DNA of 24,382 bases, from IMG/VR virus record IMGVR_UViG_3300002461_000857, one strand, 5' to 3'. Each line of letters opens with the position of its first letter. Within the stretch, counting starts at the first letter, position 1. The position numbers and the translations under genes were made by a program. The notes beneath the pieces are model-generated. The model ran no database searches, was not told where the DNA came from, and worked only from the letters and a program-made list of their open reading frames with translations. This stretch comes from a virus. Shown here in pieces: positions 7,725 to 15,040 of this stretch.

Positions 7725-8059
7725 GTCGCACGAAGCACCCCCGTCCCCCAAAGAACGATAGCGCTCGCGCCGTTCTTTTTTCGAACGAGTCATGGGACAC
7801 ACTGCAGCACGAGATTCGATCGAAGAAGGTCGATCGCACACGACGAGACGAGTACGACACTCGTGATCCGCTCGAAAACTTCGAGTGGGACCTCTACCAG
7901 AAGTACGCTCAGGACTACGGGTTCGACGATGACGACGACTACGATCTCAACTACTGGGACCGAGGCCTACTCAAAGTTCCCGAAGACAACTACGAGCCGT
8001 ACAACGAAGACTACTACGACCCGCCATTCGTCGACCCGTGGGTCTACGACTTCGTCTAG
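7721..8059 (+). CDS. protein with basic N-terminus and Asp/Tyr-rich acidic C-terminus (112 aa)
   Basis: ATGA overlap; strong GAC/TAC codon bias; low-complexity D/Y tail. Confidence 0.8.
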   Translation: MSRTKHPRPPKNDSARAVLFSNESWDTLQHEIRSKKVDRTRRDEYDTRDPLENFEWDLYQKYAQDYGFDDDDDYDLNYWDRGLLKVPEDNYEPYNEDYYDPPFVDPWVYDFV

Positions 8060-8068
8060 GAGCGATCC

Positions 8069-8695
8069 GTGAACGCCAACGCAGAACATGAAAGATGCAG
8101 TGCCTGCGGAGGGGAGAAGGACGCCGAGGGATGGTGCTCGAGGTACTGCGAAGATCTCTCAGGTCCAGTCGACGCAGGCGTTCCGGAGATCGCCGTCCAG
8201 AGCCCGGATCGAGTGCAGAGGATGATCCGCCGCGCCGTTGTCGAGGCCATGAGGTCGAGCTGTGCCAAGAGCAAGCGTGGCGTCGTGATCTTCGACGACC
8301 TGTTTCGGGTCTACGCGTGCGGGCACAACGATCAGCCGCCAGGCATGCGATGCAACGGATCCGCAGCGTGCCGATCCTCCTGCCCGCAGCTGTGTCAGCA
8401 CGCCGAGCGGGCCGCCATGGATGCCCTCCTGATGCTTCGAATCCCCCCGGGAGAGCGTCGCGATCCTCGAGGAGGCCTGCACATGCTGCACGTGAAGGCG
8501 ATCGACGGAGCTGCTGTCCCAAGCGGATCCCCATCGTGCTGGCAGTGTTCCAGGGAGATCCTCTCCCTCGCCGAGCCTGTGGGACTCCTCGACGTGTGGC
8601 TTCTTCACGAGAACGGGATCCGATCCTACTCACCGATCGACTTCCACCGAGCAACGCTCCGGAGCTGTGAGCTGCCGATCCTCGAGGCCCCATGA
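8069..8695 (+). CDS. dCMP/cytidine deaminase-family zinc-binding protein (208 aa)
   Basis: SSCAKSKRGVVI, GHN, catalytic HAE and PSCWQC motifs; extra N-terminal CxxC...CxxxC cluster; AGGAG RBS before GTG. Confidence 0.82.
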   Translation: MNANAEHERCSACGGEKDAEGWCSRYCEDLSGPVDAGVPEIAVQSPDRVQRMIRRAVVEAMRSSCAKSKRGVVIFDDLFRVYACGHNDQPPGMRCNGSAACRSSCPQLCQHAERAAMDALLMLRIPPGERRDPRGGLHMLHVKAIDGAAVPSGSPSCWQCSREILSLAEPVGLLDVWLLHENGIRSYSPIDFHRATLRSCELPILEAP

Positions 8696-9234
8696 CCGTC
8701 ACAGACAACCACCGCGCGATCATCGACTCGATGATCCGAGCATGGGACCCCAAGGGGACCCTGGAGCACAACGAGGAAGCTCTATGGATCATGCTCTCTC
8801 CGGGGATGTTGGACCAAGGGGTGTCGGTCGGGATTCGATGTGGAAAAACATCGATCAGCTGGGAAAGCATCGGCGATGCCGTCGAGTGCCCAGAGTCCTC
8901 TCCTCGACTAGAGCTGAAGCTCGCCACCGATCTGATGGAGATCGTTGCCGAAGGCGTACGGGCGAAGATCGTCTCCTACGAGAACGATGCTGATCGCCTC
9001 GTGAACGAGAGCAGGTCCAAGGGGTCGACTTCACACGCGTTGTGGACACAGGATCTTTCGGATCACCTCGCGTTCATGTCCACGTCATGGACGGCGATCG
9101 GATACCACAACGCGGTGTTCACCTCGATCGCCAATGGCAATCGGTGGACAGTACATCTCCATCCAGACGCGCTGAACGTCGCGCTGCTTCGCGACATGCA
9201 GGACACCCCTACGACGTTGGGACGCAGGCCATGA
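8692..9234 (+). CDS. hypothetical protein (180 aa)
   Basis: ATGA overlaps at both ends, GAGG upstream. Confidence 0.75.
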   Translation: MTVTDNHRAIIDSMIRAWDPKGTLEHNEEALWIMLSPGMLDQGVSVGIRCGKTSISWESIGDAVECPESSPRLELKLATDLMEIVAEGVRAKIVSYENDADRLVNESRSKGSTSHALWTQDLSDHLAFMSTSWTAIGYHNAVFTSIANGNRWTVHLHPDALNVALLRDMQDTPTTLGRRP

Positions 9235-9695
9235 CGACAACCGAGAACGACCTCGCCCAGGCCCATCTGAAGATCAGCGAGCTGACGCGCGAGCTCGCCG
9301 ATGCACAGGCCCAGATCGCGACGCTGCAGGACAAGGACGCTCCGATTCCGATCCTCCTGCACTGCCCTTTCTGCAACCATCGCCACATCGACGTCGGCGA
9401 GTTCGCCACGAAGCCACACCACACCCACAGCTGTCAGCGCTGCGGCGAGTCTTGGAGGCCCGCCGTGGTCAAGACGGTCGGCGTCCAGTTCCTGCCGGGC
9501 TTCAAGAACGTGGCCTCGATCGAGGACCTGATGCTCGAGGCTGCTTGGTACATCCGATCCGCGGCAGTCACGGAGCCGGAGGAAGGCCTCGTCGCCGAGG
9601 CAACCGGGCATGCACTCGCCGATCGCATGTTCGACGCGCTCGGGATCGATCGAACCGGTCCCGAGCACAAGCACGAGAAGGAACCGACACCTTGA
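9231..9695 (+). CDS. coiled-coil plus zinc-finger phage protein (154 aa)
   Basis: ATG 9231 (ATGA); heptad N-terminus, then PIPILLHCPFCNHRHID...PHHTHSCQRCGESWRP, a phage CxxC/HxH/CxxC motif. Confidence 0.8.
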   Translation: MTTTENDLAQAHLKISELTRELADAQAQIATLQDKDAPIPILLHCPFCNHRHIDVGEFATKPHHTHSCQRCGESWRPAVVKTVGVQFLPGFKNVASIEDLMLEAAWYIRSAAVTEPEEGLVAEATGHALADRMFDALGIDRTGPEHKHEKEPTP

Positions 9696-10168
9696 GCAAG
9701 TCCACGCACATCATGATCGGGTGCAGCAGCGCCAAGCGCGACGGGGTCAGGACTGCTGTTGGCATGTACACCGGACAGCTCTTCGACCTCTCGCTACGGT
9801 GGGCGAATCTTCAACTCGCACATCTATGGATCCTCTCGGCGAAGTACGGCCTGCTCGAGAGGTTCCAACGTATCGAGAGCTACAACTGCACCCTGAATGG
9901 GGCTGAAGAGATCCGCGCCTGGAACGAGCGAGTCGAGATCGACATTCGCAACGCGACCCGGAAGGGCGATAGGATCATCGTGCTGGCCGGATCGAACTAC
10001 AGCGGATGGTGCGACGACCTCGCTGAGCAGGGCAGGATCATCGAGCAGCCGCTGCGTGGCATGGGGATCGGGACCAGGAAGCAGTGGCTCGCCAAGCAGA
10101 TCGAAGTCATGTCCGCGCAGAGAATCGAGCCACAAGGGAAGACTCCACCGAAGAAGGTGACGCGATGA
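9692..10168 (+). CDS. DUF6884-family protein (158 aa)
   Basis: TTG start overlapping upstream TGA. Motifs IGCSSAK, MYTGQLF, WILSAKYGLL, IESYN, LAGSNY, PLRGMGIGTRKQWL. Confidence 0.85.
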   Translation: MSKSTHIMIGCSSAKRDGVRTAVGMYTGQLFDLSLRWANLQLAHLWILSAKYGLLERFQRIESYNCTLNGAEEIRAWNERVEIDIRNATRKGDRIIVLAGSNYSGWCDDLAEQGRIIEQPLRGMGIGTRKQWLAKQIEVMSAQRIEPQGKTPPKKVTR

Positions 10169-10365
10169 ACGAAGAACCGAAGTGGAAGCGCGAGAAGAAG
10201 CGATGGGAGCTGTGGCAAGGAGAGTGCCTCCTCGCGATCTGCGAACCTGCTCAGACCCGGGGCCACTGGTGGTGGTCCCTGTGGAAGGTGTCAGGGTGTC
10301 CCGCTGGCTACGAGTTCTCGTTGGCCGAAGCGAAAGAGTACGCCAGATCGGCGGCAGCCCGATGA
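10165..10365 (+). CDS. small Trp-rich hypothetical protein (66 aa)
   Basis: ATGA overlaps at both ends; SLAEAKEYA C-terminal helix common in small phage proteins. Confidence 0.72.
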   Translation: MNEEPKWKREKKRWELWQGECLLAICEPAQTRGHWWWSLWKVSGCPAGYEFSLAEAKEYARSAAAR

Positions 10366-11729
10366 CACCTGCAACTGAGTCTCGATCGAAGCGACATGCC
10401 AACTTCTCGATGACCGGGAAGGATCTGACCAGGATTGCCCGAACCCTCGTGCTCGACGATCGCCCCGAGCTCGCATATCAGACCCTTGCAAAGGGTCTCC
10501 TCGGCAAGGGTGCCAGCGAAGCGGCGATCCGCATCTTGCAGGGGCATAGCAAGCTCGTCGGGGGCATGGAGTGCTTGAGGCTGACGACGGAGAGGAAGTC
10601 CAAGGCGCTCGACGAGTTCAAGCGCAAGGTCAACTTCACCTACGCTGGACGGATCAAGACGCAAGGAACCTGGGTCCGCCCTGTCGAGTGGATTGATTCC
10701 GACGAGGGCGAGAAGCTCCAACGCTCCCACGCGATCCACTACGCGCGCCCCGGGGGAGCAATCGAGCCTCTCGACGTTCCCGGCGAAGGTAAGCGATGGG
10801 TGGTTTTCGAGCAATGCACGGAACGTCCGATGTGGCAAGACTCTCCCGCGAGCATGCAAGGGGCGCTCGACGAGTTCATCGCAGCGGGACGATCCATTGA
10901 AGTCGTCCGCGTCGATCCGCTCCGAAGCGGCGACCTCGACGACATCTTCGGAGATCCGGATCAGGAGTGGGAGGAGAGCGAGCGAGAGGAGCGAGAGGAG
11001 GAGAGCGAGCGAGAGGAGCGAGAGGAGCGAGAGGAGCGAAAATGGTACTCGAAGATCGCGAAGATCGCCGATGCGGTTCGTGAGCAGGCCGGCGACAACA
11101 CGTTTGTCATGACCTTGCTCAGCGGTCGAGAGGTGAAGGTCCCTCGAGCCCCGTTCGTTCGCTGGGCGTTTCGCGGCACCGATCTGGGAGACGCAGCGCC
11201 AGAGTGGACGAACGTCGCGGAGTCCGGACTCAAGCTGCCGCTCGACAGCCGCGATCACTCCGACTGGGTCCTCGGATCTGGGCTGACCCTCGAAGAGGCC
11301 TACACCGACGAAGTGATCCGTCCCGCCTACGATGCGATGTTCGAGATCCAGGAGGAGATCCGCAGCTCCAGAGAGTCGAAGCGTCCGTATGCCGGAATCT
11401 TCGCAGCGCTCGACAACCTGCGCAGCAAGCGGATCCCCGCCGCCTGCATCATCGACAACGGCGAGGTCACCGGAGTCGTCGGATCCGAGATCCTGGTATT
11501 CCCCGACTCGGATGGACGCAGGGTCGCTGAGCTTGGCAACTGCAAAGGCCTCGTGGTGGAACAAGGCGGGCCGCTCGCGCATCTGGTCATCACATCCAAG
11601 GGCCTCCGCATCACTGTCATGCGCCACCCCAACGCAATCGAGCTGCTTCGCCCAGGGTCGACGATCACCCTCAACCCTTCCTCTGGACGGATCACCGTGC
11701 TCGAGGAGAAGACCGAATCCGAGACCTGA
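10362..11729 (+). CDS. protein with C-terminal PEP-utilising enzyme mobile (phosphohistidine swivel) domain (455 aa)
   Basis: C-terminal GEVTGVV...ILVFP...KGLVVEQGGPLAHLVITSKG...LRPGSTITLNPSSGRITV matches the GGxxxH swivel signature; N-terminal ~370 aa unrecognised. Confidence 0.8.
   Translation: MTPATESRSKRHANFSMTGKDLTRIARTLVLDDRPELAYQTLAKGLLGKGASEAAIRILQGHSKLVGGMECLRLTTERKSKALDEFKRKVNFTYAGRIKTQGTWVRPVEWIDSDEGEKLQRSHAIHYARPGGAIEPLDVPGEGKRWVVFEQCTERPMWQDSPASMQGALDEFIAAGRSIEVVRVDPLRSGDLDDIFGDPDQEWEESEREEREEESEREEREEREERKWYSKIAKIADAVREQAGDNTFVMTLLSGREVKVPRAPFVRWAFRGTDLGDAAPEWTNVAESGLKLPLDSRDHSDWVLGSGLTLEEAYTDEVIRPAYDAMFEIQEEIRSSRESKRPYAGIFAALDNLRSKRIPAACIIDNGEVTGVVGSEILVFPDSDGRRVAELGNCKGLVVEQGGPLAHLVITSKGLRITVMRHPNAIELLRPGSTITLNPSSGRITVLEEKTESET
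10971..11039 (+). repeat. purine-rich tandem repeat (GAGGAGCGA-type) encoding EESEREEREEESEREEREEREER
   Basis: Directly visible in-frame repeat. Confidence 0.9.
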
Positions 11730-11745
11730 TCAGAGGAGAACGATC

Positions 11746-12750
11746 ATGAAGAAGACCCTGTACGCCTCCATCATCCTCATCGCCTGCGACCCAGGACAGG
11801 GATCCGACTTCCGAGTCGCGTGCCCCGACGCCACCAGCGGATCTCCAGAGGATCCTCCGCCGCCCCCGCCGCCGCCTCCATCGATCGGGATCCCCGTCCC
11901 CACCGCGACGTGCCCGGAGATCATCGACGGATCGATCACGATCTGTCCCTCGGCCATGCTCGAGTGTCGTGACGTCGTCGTGATCAACGCGTCGTCTGCC
12001 ACGGGATCCGGACCACTCGCCTTGCACTGGCACGGCACGTTCGAGACCCCTGAAGCGCTCCTCGAATGGGACTCGGCAGCGCTCGCGATCCGATCCATGG
12101 TGGAGTCCGAGGGAGGCCTGATGGTCTTGCCTCGAGCAGATCCGGAAGCGGTAGCGCGACCCAGCAACCCCTTCCCGTGGTGGGTGGTGTGCGGTGCAAC
12201 GCCGTCGCAGTGCAGCCGGCCCGACGACTTCATCGTCGCCGACGAGGTTGTGGCCTGTGCCGTCGAGCAAGGCCTGGTCGATCCGACGAGAATCACGACG
12301 TCGGGCATGTCCGCGGGCGGGATCATGACGTCCCATCTCGTGGACCGTGTCGGATACCTGGCCGGTGCGGTGAGCTGGTCCGGAGGCCTTCCCGAAGCGT
12401 TCCAGCCCACGACGCCGGCCGGAGACGCGGCGGTCATGGTGATCCACGGCGGCGTCACCGATCAGTACTGCGGCGCAGGTCAGCCGACCGGGACCTGCTA
12501 CTCCTTCATGGATCCCAGCCATGACCTCGCGCTCGACGTCTCGACCTCTGGAGACTTCGCGTTCCTGTGTGATCATCAGGCCGGCCACAGCACCGCGATG
12601 GCCGGAGAGGGCGCCGCGTTCCTCGCCGCCTCGAGCACCGGAGGTCATCCTTGGGCCGGGTATCCGTTCGGTCACCCCGGCGATGGACCGAACTGGATGC
12701 TCAACCACTACTGCTACGCCCCAGGCACACCGTCGCCCTGGGCGCAGTGA
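11746..12750 (+). CDS. lipoprotein alpha/beta-hydrolase esterase (PHB depolymerase/LpqC-like), 334 aa
   Basis: GAGGAG RBS; signal MKKTLYASIILIAC (lipobox-like); poly-Pro linker; oxyanion WHG; nucleophile GMSAGG after VDPTRI; HGGVTD acid; DHQAGH catalytic His region. Confidence 0.87.
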   Translation: MKKTLYASIILIACDPGQGSDFRVACPDATSGSPEDPPPPPPPPPSIGIPVPTATCPEIIDGSITICPSAMLECRDVVVINASSATGSGPLALHWHGTFETPEALLEWDSAALAIRSMVESEGGLMVLPRADPEAVARPSNPFPWWVVCGATPSQCSRPDDFIVADEVVACAVEQGLVDPTRITTSGMSAGGIMTSHLVDRVGYLAGAVSWSGGLPEAFQPTTPAGDAAVMVIHGGVTDQYCGAGQPTGTCYSFMDPSHDLALDVSTSGDFAFLCDHQAGHSTAMAGEGAAFLAASSTGGHPWAGYPFGHPGDGPNWMLNHYCYAPGTPSPWAQ

Positions 12751-12807
12751 TCGATCGTTCGGACAAGAACTGGGACCGATCTCCTACTCGATCGGATCGA
12801 GAACGCC

Positions 12808-13290
12808 ATGAAACACATCATCTCCATCCTTCTCATGGTCTGCGCGTGCGGCGACGATCGAAATCCTCCTGCGCCGGTCGAAGGTGTCTCCGAATCGGAT
12901 CCTCCGTCCACCAACTGCTCCGCCTATCTCGGGTGCGCCAAGCTGTGTGAAGACGCGTCTTGCGTCGACGCATGTGCTGAGGCTACGCTGGCGCCCGTGA
13001 TCGCTTGCGAGGCAGAGCGGTGCGAGAGACTTCTTGCTGCTTGCGACGAAGGGAACACGTTCGCATGTTCCGAGCTCCCGAAGTGCGGCGGGTACGAGGA
13101 GATCAGTACCACATCGGGTATGTCTGACTCATGGTCTTCGAGCAGCGGAGGCACGAGCAGCGATTCGAGCAGTAGCACGAGCGTTGATTCGGGTAGTGAA
13201 TCGAGCAGCGACTCCAGCGGCGGAAGCACGAGCGGCGACACAGGAGAATGGACGGAGTCCTCGGGTGAAACCGGGAACACGAGCACCTAA
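12808..13290 (+). CDS. Cys-rich lipoprotein with Ser/Gly/Thr-rich tail (160 aa)
   Basis: MKHIISILLMVCACGDD lipobox; CxxxC repeats; SSSSGGTSSDSSSSTS tail reminiscent of myxobacterial lipoproteins. Confidence 0.8.
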   Translation: MKHIISILLMVCACGDDRNPPAPVEGVSESDPPSTNCSAYLGCAKLCEDASCVDACAEATLAPVIACEAERCERLLAACDEGNTFACSELPKCGGYEEISTTSGMSDSWSSSSGGTSSDSSSSTSVDSGSESSSDSSGGSTSGDTGEWTESSGETGNTST

Positions 13291-13332
13291 CGCAAACGAA
13301 GACATTTCGTCTTCCTAGGGACCGACAACGAC

Positions 13333-14253
13333 ATGACAAGGCACTTCACAACCACCATCATCTTCATGATCCTCCTCATCGTTGCTTCGTGCAACGTGGA
13401 ATTCATCCATCAAATCGACACCGAAGACATCGGATCCGACACGGGCGATGTCGAGTTCCGTGCGTTCACCGACTGGCCAGAGGTCGGATGGGGCGCCGCC
13501 GAGATGTGCTGTCCCGTCATCGGAGGTCAGCATCAGCGCGAGTACTGCACCCCAGGCAACGTTCCTGCGGACTGCGACGCGCTTCCTGCCATCCCGAGCA
13601 AGTCGATCACGTCGTGGCGTCTTTCCGGGTGCTATCAGTGTGGCGATGGCTACTCCGGATACGGAGATCTCGCGTGGGCGTCGTACGGTCCCGGTTGGGG
13701 CTACGAGTGCTTCGGCCAGCTCCGCGACGCGGACGTTCCGTATTGGCCAACCCCGACCTACGCGTGGAACGCCTTCGACATGGGCGACAACTGTTGGTCG
13801 CCGAAGAACACCGACAAGCACGTCCCGTGCCCTGCTGGAACGACGGCAGCGTGCAAGGCCGGAGCGACTGAGTGCCAGACGAGTGTCTACGACTCGGAAG
13901 AAGACTCCACGAACTGGCTCGACATCGGCGACGAGATGCTGATGTGCTGCAAGGACAACGGTTCGTCGTGCGTACCTCTCGACGACATCGGCAACTGTCC
14001 CAACGGAGCGTCCACTCTCGGGTACACGGTGAAGATGTTCTGCAGCCAGTGCAACAACGGCTGTCAAGGATGGGATCTCATCCGCGACGGAGCCGCCTCC
14101 CAGACACAGGAACAGCTCGAGTCACTCCAGTGTGGGAAGAAGGTCGATGGCCTCGTTCCTTTGCGGTACCACTGCGACGGGGAGCTGTGGGACCCGTCCG
14201 CGTACGAAATCGTGAAGCCGTGTCCCGCTTCGAGCGGACTGTGCATCGACTGA
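13333..14253 (+). CDS. Cys-rich putative lipoprotein (306 aa)
   Basis: Hydrophobic signal ending IVASC; more than 20 Cys including CC and CxxC; acidic. Confidence 0.8.
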   Translation: MTRHFTTTIIFMILLIVASCNVEFIHQIDTEDIGSDTGDVEFRAFTDWPEVGWGAAEMCCPVIGGQHQREYCTPGNVPADCDALPAIPSKSITSWRLSGCYQCGDGYSGYGDLAWASYGPGWGYECFGQLRDADVPYWPTPTYAWNAFDMGDNCWSPKNTDKHVPCPAGTTAACKAGATECQTSVYDSEEDSTNWLDIGDEMLMCCKDNGSSCVPLDDIGNCPNGASTLGYTVKMFCSQCNNGCQGWDLIRDGAASQTQEQLESLQCGKKVDGLVPLRYHCDGELWDPSAYEIVKPCPASSGLCID

Positions 14254-14280
14254 TCGTCTAGGACATCGACATCATCAACG

Positions 14281-14321
14281 GGGGAGGACCTGGTCGCAAG
14301 GACCAGTCCTCCCCTTCTCTT
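14281..14321 (+). terminator. Rho-independent terminator
   Basis: GGGGAGGAC(C)TGGTC-GCAAG-GACCAGTCCTCCCC stem followed by TTCTCTT, directly after the lipoprotein cluster. Confidence 0.75.
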
Positions 14322-14342
14322 GACCGAAAAGGAACCGACCCC

Positions 14343-14594
14343 ATGAAGATCCACGCCCTATTCATCCTCCGCAACGGAGAAGGGACTCCTGAGCTCCAGA
14401 CGGCCTGGGACGAGTACTGCGTCGACGAGAACTTCGAGGTCTTCGAAAAGGAGTGCAAGGAGAAGATCGAAGCGATCGGAACTGAGCTCGAGTCTCACGT
14501 GATCGTCATGATCGAGGTCCCTGAAGAAAAGATCATGAAGCGACTTCGGAAGCCGACGCTCCATGTGACAGGTGTTGTCCAGGACGAGGAGTGA
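14343..14594 (+). CDS. hypothetical phage protein (83 aa)
   Basis: AAGGA RBS; acidic; PELxxAWDEY motif. Confidence 0.8.
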   Translation: MKIHALFILRNGEGTPELQTAWDEYCVDENFEVFEKECKEKIEAIGTELESHVIVMIEVPEEKIMKRLRKPTLHVTGVVQDEE

Positions 14595-14595
14595 G

Positions 14596-15021
14596 GTGAA
14601 GGACTGTCTCATCGTGACGGTGACCGGAGGACGAGCGTACGAGTCGACCCTGGCCGACATGGCTAGATTCATGGCCATCATCTCTGGTCGAAGCCGATCG
14701 GTGGTCGTCCGATGCGGTGGAGCTAAAGGTCTCGATGAGCAGATCTACGATCTTGTCGGCCTCATCGATCCATCTCGGAATATCCGAAGAGAGCTGTGGC
14801 GAGCTGACTGGGATCGATTCGGGAGACGGAAGGCTGGACCTATCCGCAACCGAGGCATGCTCCGTGGCGACACATCGACGATCGTGAGGCAATGCGTAGG
14901 CGGCATTGCTACAGCAAACAAGCCTGCGGATCTCCTGGTCTCGTTTCCAGGAGGATCCGGTACGAGGGACTGCACCGGTGCCGCAGGGGCGCTAGGCATC
15001 CCGATCAAGATCATGTACTGA
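14596..15021 (+). CDS. SLOG-superfamily protein (YspA cpYpsA-related/DUF2493), 141 aa
   Basis: GTG 14596 after GAGGAG. Motifs VTGGRAY, GGAKGLD, ADWDRFG.KAGPIRNRGML, FPGGSGT. Confidence 0.88.
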   Translation: MKDCLIVTVTGGRAYESTLADMARFMAIISGRSRSVVVRCGGAKGLDEQIYDLVGLIDPSRNIRRELWRADWDRFGRRKAGPIRNRGMLRGDTSTIVRQCVGGIATANKPADLLVSFPGGSGTRDCTGAAGALGIPIKIMY

Positions 15022-15040
15022 CGAAGGAGAGAACACACTC

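Noticed and set aside
10971-11039. Possible CRISPR array or other repeat-spacer structure
   Set aside because: All repeats found are short in-frame coding repeats without unique spacers; no cas genes.
12787-12801. Palindrome CTCGATC-G-GATCGAG upstream of the lipoprotein gene as an operator
   Set aside because: Built from GATC/TCGA words that are highly over-represented here; no second copy seen.
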